Made by a program: the position numbers and the translations under genes
Notes under the pieces: generated by a model
The model's database searches: none
What the model saw: the letters and a program-made list of their open reading frames with translations, nothing else
Told to the model about the DNA's origin: nothing
Shown: piece by piece, positions 1-8,640 of the stretch
Layout: every line of letters starts with the position of its first letter
How positions within the stretch are numbered: the first letter of the stretch is position 1
From: a virus
DNA: 64,000 nucleotides
Strand: one strand, 5' to 3'
IMG/VR virus record: IMGVR_UViG_3300004151_000006
Coordinates: 1-64,000 of that record

Positions 1-43
1 CATCTGTAGCTACTTGAAATTGAGTACCAGATGGCGTAGCCAT
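1..43 (-). CDS. 5' end of unidentified gene continuing beyond the left edge (MATPSGTQFQVATD...)
   Basis: ATG at 43-41 on minus strand; AGGAGG (58-53) 9 nt upstream; frame open to window edge. Confidence 0.5.
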   Translation of the reverse strand, partial: MATPSGTQFQVATD

Positions 44-79
44 ATATGTGATCCTCCTAGAGGTGATGGTATCTAAAGA

Positions 80-88
80 CTATAGGAT
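80..88 (-). promoter_or_regulatory. promoter-like motif variant ATCCTATAG
   Basis: Variant of recurrent AT-N-Y-TATAG motif, correctly oriented about 36 nt upstream of the ATG at 43. Confidence 0.35.
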
Positions 89-98
89 GAAGAGAGGT

Positions 99-124
99 GG
101 GACAGTCCCCTTGGGGACTGTCCC
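99..124 (-). terminator. GC-clamped perfect hairpin (GGGACAGTCCCC / GGGGACTGTCCC)
   Basis: 12-nt perfectly complementary arms just downstream of the stop of 136..852; no clear U-tract. Confidence 0.5.
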
Positions 125-135
125 TGTTGACGCAT

Positions 136-852
136 TTACAGAGGCCAAGCCAGATCGATGTTGTCGAAGAAAGCTGCAGCCATAGCTTCAGCATTGGCTG
201 CAGTATCAATGAGCTTAGTGATCACCTTTTCACGTTCAAAACACGCCAGAGTACGGATAGCCATCACCTTAAAGAAATAGAGGATCTCAGTCTCAGTGAT
301 AGCACGATATGTACCTTCAGTAATCTTGAATTCCAATTCATCCATATATTGCTTGAATTCAGTATCTTCAGGTTCAAAGATCTTAAGATAGACTAAAGAG
401 ATCATAAGTTGAGCAATACGATTACGATCAGCTTCAGCAGACTGGATCACAGTACCATCGGAAAGCTTGACACCAGCATCTTCCACCACATGTTTCTTTT
501 CAGCCAAACGAGCAAACAATAAAGGTTTGATGATATCCATTGACTTAGCCACTAGTGTCCACTTAAATCGATACCCTTTAGCAGTGACTGTGATCTTTTC
601 TTCAGAGAAAGGTATCACCTGTTCAATAGTAGTCTCGAAATATTCATACTGATCTATACCATTTGTATCTTTAGCTGTCACATCAAAGATATCTTTATTC
701 TCCAAATACTTGGGAGGAAAATACTGGTTGTCAAAATAGTAGATACCCTGTTCTTCCAGGGACTTAGTATTGACAATGGTACCAGCTGTGCGCATGTCGT
801 CCAACTGATAGTCCGTGATGGGACGATTCTCATCTTTGATGAAAAAAGGCAT
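136..852 (-). CDS. hypothetical protein; C-terminal half resembles the DUF4376-type domain of phage tail-fibre/fibre-assembly proteins
   Basis: 238-aa ORF with GGAG 7 nt upstream of ATG; domain resemblance judged by eye only. Confidence 0.75.
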   Translation of the reverse strand: MPFFIKDENRPITDYQLDDMRTAGTIVNTKSLEEQGIYYFDNQYFPPKYLENKDIFDVTAKDTNGIDQYEYFETTIEQVIPFSEEKITVTAKGYRFKWTLVAKSMDIIKPLLFARLAEKKHVVEDAGVKLSDGTVIQSAEADRNRIAQLMISLVYLKIFEPEDTEFKQYMDELEFKITEGTYRAITETEILYFFKVMAIRTLACFEREKVITKLIDTAANAEAMAAAFFDNIDLAWPL

Positions 853-893
853 ATGCGATCTCCTTTGAGAGATATGTGATGGTGTAGCTAAGA

Positions 894-902
894 CTATAGA
901 AT
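894..902 (-). promoter_or_regulatory. promoter-like motif variant ATTCTATAG
   Basis: Correct orientation, about 42 nt upstream of ATG 852, in divergent intergenic region 853-979. Confidence 0.35.
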
Positions 903-942
903 GGTCATATTGTTGATTCAGTTTAGGCTATCACAGTATCAC

Positions 943-951
943 ATGTTATAG
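943..951 (+). promoter_or_regulatory. promoter-like motif variant ATGTTATAG
   Basis: About 29 nt upstream of ATG 980, same divergent intergenic region. Confidence 0.35.
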
Positions 952-979
952 GCCCTGTGCTATTAAAGGAGAGATCCCT

Positions 980-1807
980 ATGTCAGACACTTTTTCTGTC
1001 TTTTTTAATGCTATCATTGAACTTGGATTATCAGCCTATGCTATTAATATTGAACCCATTGATGATGGTATCTTAGATGTCTATACTATTAAAATAGATG
1101 AAACTTATATTTATTGGCATTGTCTCAATACAGAAAAAGCACTAGAATATCCAGCCTATGATGAAGATCATATCATACATCTCCTGACTATCCATATCTT
1201 ACCTATCAGATATAAAGAAGATATCGCTACACCAAGAGATATTTATATTGCGTATCAAAATACTGAGTATATCAGTGAACTCCATTTAGATGTACTTACA
1301 GATAATATCATTCAATCTATCGTGGATAGTTTACCTGATCTCAAATACAATCCAGATTATACTGTTTATGATGGCCAGAGTGTCAAAATGAATGAAATCA
1401 ATCAAGCTTATAATGAAGCATTCAATACTATTATTATTGACTATCCAGAACAAGAAGTAGCATCTTTCCCTTTACAGACAGATCAAGCTAAAGAGTACCT
1501 CTCTAATCCAAATGCAGAAGTCTCATTCTTAAGATTACTTTATGCTGGTCGTGTCAGTCGTGGATATACTGAGACATTGGAAGAACTCTGTAGAAAGATC
1601 TTATCTAAAGCTACACTGTTTGAACCTATCTCCGGATATCTCTCTGGTATCCGCCAAGCTATGGAAAAAGAAATAGAGGCTATCATCACTCGAGTAGAAT
1701 CCGGTGATATCACCACCTATCAAGGATACAGATTGTGTATGCAGATCTATGTGGAATATCCAATTCCCACTAGGGAGCAATTCTTACAGATGATCACACC
1801 TGTATGA
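980..1807 (+). CDS. hypothetical protein; C-terminal DUF4376-like (tail-fibre-associated) region
   Basis: 275-aa ORF with AAAGGAGAG upstream; the segment SFPLQTDQAKEYL...LSGIRQAMEKEIEA resembles DUF4376 by eye. Confidence 0.75.
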   Translation: MSDTFSVFFNAIIELGLSAYAINIEPIDDGILDVYTIKIDETYIYWHCLNTEKALEYPAYDEDHIIHLLTIHILPIRYKEDIATPRDIYIAYQNTEYISELHLDVLTDNIIQSIVDSLPDLKYNPDYTVYDGQSVKMNEINQAYNEAFNTIIIDYPEQEVASFPLQTDQAKEYLSNPNAEVSFLRLLYAGRVSRGYTETLEELCRKILSKATLFEPISGYLSGIRQAMEKEIEAIITRVESGDITTYQGYRLCMQIYVEYPIPTREQFLQMITPV

Positions 1808-1904
1808 CATTCATTCAATCTGTAGATATATATCATATATTTGGAGTATTGATGTATTTGATTTAGGTATACCCGTATACTACTACTTGTCTTCATTGTA
1901 TTTG

Positions 1905-1913
1905 CTTTTATAG
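1905..1913 (+). promoter_or_regulatory. promoter-like motif variant CTTTTATAG
   Basis: In the 300-nt ORF-poor gap 1808-2107; followed by GGGAGG and an 11-codon micro-ORF (1934-1969). Confidence 0.25.
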
Positions 1914-2027
1914 TAGTTATATGGGAGGACACCATGTTAGTGGTTGTCATCATTGCACTCATCGGCTAAGTTTTCATTCTTCATTAATCTTTTATTGTGG
2001 CGTGTGGATAGATATGCTGCACTGTCA

Positions 2028-2036
2028 TCTCTATAG
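2028..2036 (+). promoter_or_regulatory. promoter-like motif variant (A)TCTCTATAG
   Basis: About 70 nt upstream of the GTG at 2108. Confidence 0.3.
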
Positions 2037-2107
2037 CCTCTTAGAGATGCTAGGTAGAGTAATCTCTACCTGCTGCATATGTGAAAACCGTAACAGGAGA
2101 TAGCGTA

Positions 2108-2719
2108 GTGACTTATGCGAAGCATGTGTTTTTCACCCTAGGGATCCTTTGGATCTCGGCCATCAGTGGCGTAGCTCATAGTGCTACAGTATCTGATCTC
2201 ACCAAAGTGGATGTCTCTATCCATAAAGTCTTAAAACAATATCCCAACCATGTACAACAGTATGCTGAACAGTATAGATTATTACTCATAGAGACTGCAG
2301 TGGTGGAATCTGATGCTGGTATCTATATCAACTGTATGGGTAATTATGGTCATTATCAAATACGTGGTACTTCAGGTAAAGAACTCATCACTGATCTTAA
2401 ATCACAATATCCGGATATTTATCAAATAGTAATGAAACATTTCAATAAACAACTATCACTCAAAGATAATTTGATTCAAAATTTAGACTTTTCTACAGCA
2501 TTGTGTGTAGCGTATTATTGTACCAAACTTAAAGATCCAGAGAAACAATTATCCACTGTGGAAAGTAGAGCTGCTACTTGGAAGAAATTATACAATACAT
2601 ATAGAGGAGCTGGTACAGTGAGTAAATATATCAAAGTCAATAAACCAATCCACCAGACAATACCAAAGATCAAACCACTCTTTTCAAATACCAATATTAT
2701 TACTGAAGACAAACAATGA
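2108..2719 (+). CDS. secreted protein, possibly lytic-transglycosylase-like
   Basis: GTG 2108 follows GGAG by 8 nt (alternative GTG 2081); N-terminal hydrophobic signal-like segment; VVESD...YGHYQIRG loosely resembles an SLT catalytic region. Confidence 0.6.
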   Translation: MTYAKHVFFTLGILWISAISGVAHSATVSDLTKVDVSIHKVLKQYPNHVQQYAEQYRLLLIETAVVESDAGIYINCMGNYGHYQIRGTSGKELITDLKSQYPDIYQIVMKHFNKQLSLKDNLIQNLDFSTALCVAYYCTKLKDPEKQLSTVESRAATWKKLYNTYRGAGTVSKYIKVNKPIHQTIPKIKPLFSNTNIITEDKQ

Positions 2720-3315
2720 AATTCAAATGGTCATACTTAATACCATTGGTAGTTGTTGGTTTTGTTCTCTTTGTTTTTAGTATGGTCCTTGATCAGCTAT
2801 ACAGTACCACATCCACTAATCACAAACCCATTAGCTTTCAAGCACCACAAGTACAAGAGTATGGAATCAAGCATGAAGAAGAACCACTCCCACCTATCAA
2901 GTATTTTGGATATCTGAAATCAAGTAAGGTCAATGATCTCAATCATCTTTACTTTGAAGTATTTGATCAAGATAAGCATCTATACAAAATAGTCCAACTC
3001 TATGGTATAAAGGTACCCAATGATTCAAATATTAAAAAAGCTATTGACACTGTCATTGGAGTATATGCAGAGAATCAAGTCATCATTGTGTCTAGGACAG
3101 ATCATCCTGATCAACAGTTTGATATTGTCTCAATCAAGATCATCACACCAAACAATATCCTCATAGATTTGGCTGAGCTCCTCACTACAAAAGGCTCCGT
3201 CGATGTCACTGAGGATACCAAACATCAGATGACACATGCCCTCCTTAATAAAGGAAAGTCCTATGCTCAAGAGCACCATTTGGGCATCTGGGCTAATACT
3301 TCCATATCAAAGTAA
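2716..3315 (+). CDS. membrane-anchored staphylococcal-nuclease (SNase)-fold-like protein
   Basis: ATGA start/stop overlap with upstream gene; N-terminal TM helix; VQLYGIKVPN and YAQEHHLGIWA resemble SNase-family motifs. Confidence 0.6.
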   Translation: MKFKWSYLIPLVVVGFVLFVFSMVLDQLYSTTSTNHKPISFQAPQVQEYGIKHEEEPLPPIKYFGYLKSSKVNDLNHLYFEVFDQDKHLYKIVQLYGIKVPNDSNIKKAIDTVIGVYAENQVIIVSRTDHPDQQFDIVSIKIITPNNILIDLAELLTTKGSVDVTEDTKHQMTHALLNKGKSYAQEHHLGIWANTSISK

Positions 3316-3667
3316 AATCATCATTGCTGGTAGTAGAAGTATCATTGATCCAAATCTAATTTATCCAATCTTAGATGATCATTTTTCATATATAGGTGAA
3401 GTAGTTTGTGGGACAGCTCTTGGTGTAGACACCATTGGTGCTCATTGGGCAATAGATAGACAAGTCAGGATCAGTTGTTTTAAACCTGATTGGCATCCCA
3501 ATGGGCATTATGACAAATCTGCTGGATATAAACGTAATATAGAAATGGGTGAATATGCACATGGACTATTAGCTTTTTGGGATGGTCAATCACGGGGGAC
3601 CAACCACATGATCAATATCATGGATCGGTTGGGTAAACCCTATGTAGTCTATAAACTTGCAGCATGA
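3263..3667 (+). CDS. SLOG-superfamily DUF2493-like protein
   Basis: IIIAGSRS...VVCGTALGVDTIGAHWA...KPDW...AGYKRNIEM...LAFWDGQSRGTNHMI matches the DUF2493 pattern; AGGAAAG precedes ATG 3263 (alternative ATG 3236 has no RBS). Confidence 0.7.
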   Translation: MLKSTIWASGLILPYQSKIIIAGSRSIIDPNLIYPILDDHFSYIGEVVCGTALGVDTIGAHWAIDRQVRISCFKPDWHPNGHYDKSAGYKRNIEMGEYAHGLLAFWDGQSRGTNHMINIMDRLGKPYVVYKLAA

Positions 3668-3680
3668 CCCTATACATAGT

Positions 3681-3707
3681 CACCATGGGAGCATTGCTCC
3701 CATGGTG
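3681..3707 (+). terminator. GC-clamped hairpin (12-bp stem CACCATGGGAGC / GCTCCCATGGTG)
   Basis: Perfect stem between the stop at 3667 and the RBS/ATG at 3727. Confidence 0.5.
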
Positions 3708-3726
3708 TACTACACAGGAGGCTACC

Positions 3727-3981
3727 ATGTCTAAGGACAATCCGAATGAAATCATTCATGGTCCGATCATGTCCGAAGGACTCATCGGTCGAAAGTGTAT
3801 ACGTCAGTATCACAATGGGAATAAAGATACACATTATATCATCCGTGGGGTCTATGTAAAGACCACTGGATTTGATGATCGAATAGTGTTCATTGTAGAA
3901 GACCAAGAAACTTCTACAGTGACTAATGTGTTAGCACATCAAGTGAAACTTCTTCCGATCGAGGAGACTATCCATGAATAA
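3727..3981 (+). CDS. hypothetical protein (84 aa)
   Basis: GGAGG 5 nt upstream of ATG 3727; the longer 3664 start would read through hairpin 3681-3707. Confidence 0.75.
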   Translation: MSKDNPNEIIHGPIMSEGLIGRKCIRQYHNGNKDTHYIIRGVYVKTTGFDDRIVFIVEDQETSTVTNVLAHQVKLLPIEETIHE

Positions 3982-4576
3982 CAAATCTATAAATATCAAG
4001 ACTTTTGCAAAACTGAAAGTTGCTATATGTATTGATGATGTCATGGAGAAAGGTGAAACCCAAGGTACTGTATATGTTGAACCAACACAATGTAGACAAG
4101 GTATGACTTATGTGAAAATTGAAGATGGTGCACTCATCCCAGTTGAATTGTCTGAACTTTATATCAATTATGGTGAATTAGCTTTACGTGAAGGATTAGA
4201 TATTGATATTGATGATATTGAATATGATAGAGTGGTCAGTGTACCAGATACAGTAAAACAAGCTATTGATAAACATTTTGATAAATTGGATGAAAATGAA
4301 ATTGAATATCTGATTGAACAATTTGGAAATGAAGATAGATTTAAACATAGTTTATTCCGTATCTTCAAAGGGAATATTCCCATACCTAAATTACATGATT
4401 TAATTAATATGATTTTAAACAAGAAGGATTTTTCACCCATATTGGAATTGAATAAACTTGAGATCAAATGTTGTATGGCTAGTATTTTTAAACTATATAT
4501 GAATGATCTCAATAATTTAAATATCACCCATGCTAAATTCCTTAAAGCTTATATGAATGGTGAATTCACTTTTTGA
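3974..4576 (+). CDS. hypothetical protein (200 aa)
   Basis: ATG overlaps the end of the upstream gene by 8 nt; long ORF in an AT-rich background. Confidence 0.8.
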   Translation: MNNKSINIKTFAKLKVAICIDDVMEKGETQGTVYVEPTQCRQGMTYVKIEDGALIPVELSELYINYGELALREGLDIDIDDIEYDRVVSVPDTVKQAIDKHFDKLDENEIEYLIEQFGNEDRFKHSLFRIFKGNIPIPKLHDLINMILNKKDFSPILELNKLEIKCCMASIFKLYMNDLNNLNITHAKFLKAYMNGEFTF

Positions 4577-4592
4577 TCCAAATGGAGGATAT

Positions 4593-5153
4593 ATGAAAAC
4601 ACTCAAAGTTAATTATTATAATAATAAACCCTCATCTAAATTATATGTGATTTTGAAGTTAGTGTCTCCAGAATCATCAAAAGAGATATTTGGGTATCAC
4701 CTCATCAGTGCTTATGTTCATTCTATTGAAAACATACAAGATCCCAAAAATCACATATATCATATATGTCATACTTCCACAGAATATCTTCATTTCTTTC
4801 CTGGATGTAAAGGTCGTGAAGTCGATGTGATCACTGAAAATATCAACACTCAAAAAGATTGGGATATTGCAAGTGATCAATATTATAAATTGTTGTATGA
4901 TAGGTATGATAAGTATTGGAAATCTTTAAATGATATCAATAATACCATTTGTGATAAGAGTATAGTCCATGATAAAGCATTACTGACATTATGTAATGCT
5001 AGAGATGAATATCGGGCTATCGCTTATTCTCTTAAATGTGAGGTATTACCTGATCATGGAATGATATCTCGTGATACATTTTGCAAATTACAGAATAATG
5101 ATCATGAATATTATCTTGAGACTTTTGTGAATAAATGGGTGTTAGAGGAATAA
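4593..5153 (+). CDS. hypothetical protein (186 aa)
   Basis: GGAGG 4 nt upstream of ATG 4593; the 4557 start would overlap the previous gene. Confidence 0.75.
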   Translation: MKTLKVNYYNNKPSSKLYVILKLVSPESSKEIFGYHLISAYVHSIENIQDPKNHIYHICHTSTEYLHFFPGCKGREVDVITENINTQKDWDIASDQYYKLLYDRYDKYWKSLNDINNTICDKSIVHDKALLTLCNARDEYRAIAYSLKCEVLPDHGMISRDTFCKLQNNDHEYYLETFVNKWVLEE

Positions 5154-5166
5154 AGGAAAGCACATC

Positions 5167-5700
5167 ATGTCAAATATATATAGTTTCATCTATACTTTTC
5201 CCACTTTTATGATGTGTCAAAATACAGATGAAATCCTCTCTGCTATATGGAAGGAAAAATCTAATTATCTTTATTTATTAGAACATCATAAATCCAACAA
5301 ATATTTAGCATTGGTGAAATTGAACTGTGATGGATGTAAATTACCTGAAATCTTAGGTAAACCCAATGATAGTAAATATACTCTACGTATAGAGTACAGC
5401 CATAAAAAGATACTCTATGAGTGGTCATATAGCCCACATAATATAGAAATTTATAGACAATATTGTCGTCATAATGATATTTTATATTTTAGTAATAATA
5501 TTACTCAAGCTATAATGATGTTTGAATTAAAATTGTATGATATTGAAAAGATTATTACTGCACATTTTATTGAAGCACAAATAAACTTAGAACGTGATTG
5601 TAAAATCAGAATGAAAGATTTAAAAGATGATCAAGTTAAAATACTACAATCTCTTATGTTAGAGAATACAAAGATAAAAGAAGAAATGAAAGATGAGTAA
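5167..5700 (+). CDS. hypothetical protein (177 aa)
   Basis: AAAGGAAAG upstream; long ORF. Confidence 0.8.
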   Translation: MSNIYSFIYTFPTFMMCQNTDEILSAIWKEKSNYLYLLEHHKSNKYLALVKLNCDGCKLPEILGKPNDSKYTLRIEYSHKKILYEWSYSPHNIEIYRQYCRHNDILYFSNNITQAIMMFELKLYDIEKIITAHFIEAQINLERDCKIRMKDLKDDQVKILQSLMLENTKIKEEMKDE

Positions 5701-5989
5701 TATTATTGTCACTAGTAAATGGGTGATAGATAGTGATCATGTTATTGGTAAATTCTGTAAGTGTTATGGTTGTGTATGTATGATCATTGGTTTCTTTGGT
5801 GATAGTGTACAAACTACATTTCTACTTGAAGATATAAAAACAGGTAAATTGAAAGATAGAAAAATAGAAGTTTTAGATTATGATTTCACTGATCAAGATA
5901 ATCAAGATATTCAGAAATATATTGATACTAAAATAAATCCAATCAAAGTTGAGGATTTATTTGGTGAAGGTGGATATTCTAGTGAGTAA
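5693..5989 (+). CDS. hypothetical protein (98 aa)
   Basis: Start overlaps the upstream stop (8-nt overlap). Confidence 0.7.
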   Translation: MSNIIVTSKWVIDSDHVIGKFCKCYGCVCMIIGFFGDSVQTTFLLEDIKTGKLKDRKIEVLDYDFTDQDNQDIQKYIDTKINPIKVEDLFGEGGYSSE

Positions 5990-6125
5990 TAATACAACAA
6001 CTGTGATATTTACAATCTGTATTACGATAATATTTGTTACCTTAGTTATCACATTTGGTATTGTGGAATATAAAAAATTAGAACTGGGTATCGTGGATAA
6101 AAGCTTAATCACTATCAAACCTTAG
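5982..6125 (+). CDS. possible small membrane protein (47 aa, VSNNTTTVIFTICITIIFVTLVITFGIVEYKK...)
   Basis: GTG overlapping the upstream stop; one clear hydrophobic helix; below the 60-aa ORF-track cutoff. Confidence 0.35.
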   Translation: MSNNTTTVIFTICITIIFVTLVITFGIVEYKKLELGIVDKSLITIKP

Positions 6126-6149
6126 AATAAAACCTTTTAATAAGCAGCT

Positions 6150-6180
6150 GGACACAGTGGCCCGTCGGGCCACTGTGTCC
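6150..6180. terminator. GC-clamped perfect hairpin (14-bp arms GGACACAGTGGCCC / GGGCCACTGTGTCC), bidirectional position
   Basis: Lies between convergent genes; part of a larger nested structure 6141-6226. Confidence 0.6.
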
Positions 6181-6222
6181 ATATGTAGAAAGAGCAAGGT
6201 CTTTTTTGCTCTCGTAGGCTGC

Positions 6223-6627
6223 TTATACCGACTGAGCCGTGTATCCGTGAGAACGAAGGAGTTCTAGGATGGTGGCTAATTGCTCAGATGGAGTGTCATA
6301 TATCCTGATATCGAATGACGTAGCTACGTCGACGACTTCCAGGGATGATGGATCGATCCACTCTCTGGCGAAAAAGCGCTTGCGTTTACTCTCGTAGTTC
6401 TCCAGAAGAGAAAGCTGCAAGAATGTCAACTTCTCAAGCACGGGCAGTTCTGGATGAAGTTTTACCACCTCTTTGTAGTAAGGGACAACATCCTCGGTGA
6501 GGGTGATTGCAGAATAGCGACAGATAGCTTCGATAGTACCAGACCAGAGCACATTATCATGCACACTGATGGACTTAAACCGAATGGTCTGTCCAATAGT
6601 TAGAGTAGATGGGTCTACTAGTGCCAT
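6223..6627 (-). CDS. hypothetical protein (134 aa), G+C-rich island gene immediately downstream of the chaperonin
   Basis: ORF with GAGGT upstream; visibly higher G+C than neighbours. Confidence 0.7.
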   Translation of the reverse strand: MALVDPSTLTIGQTIRFKSISVHDNVLWSGTIEAICRYSAITLTEDVVPYYKEVVKLHPELPVLEKLTFLQLSLLENYESKRKRFFAREWIDPSSLEVVDVATSFDIRIYDTPSEQLATILELLRSHGYTAQSV

Positions 6628-6708
6628 GAGGTCATTACCTCAAATGCACCAGCATACTCACTTGATTTGTGATACTCCGGTTGATTCATGTCTATTCGAC
6701 CTTTTGCC

Positions 6709-8640
6709 CTAACTGGCATTTCCGGATACACTCTTCATATACACACCTCCAGGCACAATGACCTTATCTGTAGCCATCAGCTTGATGATGAGTTCACCCA
6801 CCCTACTTAAGATTTCATGATAAATCAACACAGGTTGAATCACTGGATACCCATATATCAATACATTATCATCCTCTTCAAGCTCAAGATACTCCAGGTA
6901 CATATCTAAGTCGTTCACGACACCTTCAGGTGCCAGAGCGTTGATATACTCCTGGGGATGCTTCGCTGTATTGGGGACTATAATATCATTTGTGTTGTAT
7001 ATATTTTCATCATATAAAGTCTTAATTACATGATTGATAGCTAACCTGAAATTCTCATGGATAAAGAGCATATATTTCTTATCCACTTCAGACATCACAA
7101 AGTTGTCATTTTCAATCTTTTCTTTAACGATCACAAGTACATCATTCATACTGAGTACACCATTAATAAAGAAGTTATTAGTGATAGATGCCATGGTAGC
7201 GCCAATGACATCTCTTACTACATGGTGTGCAGCTACATTGTCATGTGTATTACCACCAAGCTTTAAAGTGGGAAGATGAATACATGTCATATTTTTCATA
7301 GCTAAAGTAGCAATATCATGGACTGATTGATCTTTAGCATGACTAAGATCTGCTTGTTCAGCACGTAATTTCATATCTTCCAATAAGTCATCATAAAATT
7401 TACATTTACCTGGATGTTTAAAATTTGGATGAATGGTAGCTTTAGTAGCATCGTGTTCAAAGAGTCCATAGAATTCCATGACTGATCCATAGGTACGAAT
7501 CTTATTCACCATGAATGTGTAACTATCATCTAAAGGATTTTGTCTCTCAGTCTGAATATATGGAGTAGTGGATGCAATAGCATTAAGCACTGCAAGATCT
7601 ACTGCATACTGGGTAAATGTTTTATTTTTTGTAAAATACGAAGCTAGTGCAATGGGTTCTTTACGAATGGCATTAACCTCACCAACGGTACGTATAATTT
7701 CAGCTGGGATCTGTGCAGCAGTGAGTATACACAATGATTCATTTTCAGGATAAGCTTTGATATATCCAATCAATTTGCTCGTACAAGTATCACCAGTAGC
7801 CATACCATCGGGAATAGCTAACACTCTTACATTTTCTTTTACCCATTCAGTTTGCATGACTTCATTATAAAGATTGGCAGTTTGAAAATCAATATCTACG
7901 ACAAAATCATAAGGTTCTGTATGAACAGAATAATCAGTTTCATCTTCTACTTTTGAACTAAACCAAGTTTGATGTTCCCAAGCTTCTCTGGGGATACCTT
8001 CAAAGATAGTCTTCATACATTTAGATAAGATCAAATGTCCACCAGAAGAAGACATAGATTGCATAAAAGCAATGACACCAGCCCAATATTCTTCAGATTT
8101 ACCAGGATAAAGACTCATGAGTCTTTCAATAGAATAAGATTCATTATCGATAGTCTCCAACACAATCTTTACAAATTCTTTATAGAGTTTATTTTGATCT
8201 ACTGTAGTGAGTTTGAGTGCAGCGATCTTATCTTTGTTTTGTAATGCATTCTTAAGAAAGATAGCGGCTACTAGCATGGCAGTAGTGGTGCCATCTTTAG
8301 CTCTACGATCCACTTCTCTACCAATATAAGTGATGACATTTTTAAGATATGTTTGAATGATAGATGCAAACTCTACTTTTTCCAATATAGTAATACCATC
8401 TTTAGAGAATGTGGAAGGTGAAGCCAATGCAGCATTACCACTAGCGATTACATTCCGATCTACGATCATAGAAAATTGACTATGTGGACCACAATGTGGT
8501 GTGAGTAATTGATCAATATATTCCAGGGTATCTGTAAAGATCTGTTTGTTTTCTTCAAGTTTCATATCCACAACATTTTGCATATGCAAATGTGTGTTGA
8601 TGACGTTTTTACCAACGTGACCGTTGCCTGGATTGTTCAT
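6709..8640 (-). CDS. GroEL/Hsp60-like chaperonin (643 aa)
   Basis: TPHCGPHSQFSMIV, SKDGITILEKVEF and AKDGTTTAMLVAA align in order with GroEL TLGPKGRNVV, TKDGVSVAREIE and AGDGTTTATVLA. Confidence 0.75.
   Translation of the reverse strand: MNNPGNGHVGKNVINTHLHMQNVVDMKLEENKQIFTDTLEYIDQLLTPHCGPHSQFSMIVDRNVIASGNAALASPSTFSKDGITILEKVEFASIIQTYLKNVITYIGREVDRRAKDGTTTAMLVAAIFLKNALQNKDKIAALKLTTVDQNKLYKEFVKIVLETIDNESYSIERLMSLYPGKSEEYWAGVIAFMQSMSSSGGHLILSKCMKTIFEGIPREAWEHQTWFSSKVEDETDYSVHTEPYDFVVDIDFQTANLYNEVMQTEWVKENVRVLAIPDGMATGDTCTSKLIGYIKAYPENESLCILTAAQIPAEIIRTVGEVNAIRKEPIALASYFTKNKTFTQYAVDLAVLNAIASTTPYIQTERQNPLDDSYTFMVNKIRTYGSVMEFYGLFEHDATKATIHPNFKHPGKCKFYDDLLEDMKLRAEQADLSHAKDQSVHDIATLAMKNMTCIHLPTLKLGGNTHDNVAAHHVVRDVIGATMASITNNFFINGVLSMNDVLVIVKEKIENDNFVMSEVDKKYMLFIHENFRLAINHVIKTLYDENIYNTNDIIVPNTAKHPQEYINALAPEGVVNDLDMYLEYLELEEDDNVLIYGYPVIQPVLIYHEILSRVGELIIKLMATDKVIVPGGVYMKSVSGNAS

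Noticed and set aside
6223-6627. GroES-like co-chaperonin downstream of the chaperonin
   Set aside because: There is no GroES/gp31-like mobile-loop or beta-barrel pattern recognisable. The adjacency is noted only as a hypothesis in the chaperonin finding.
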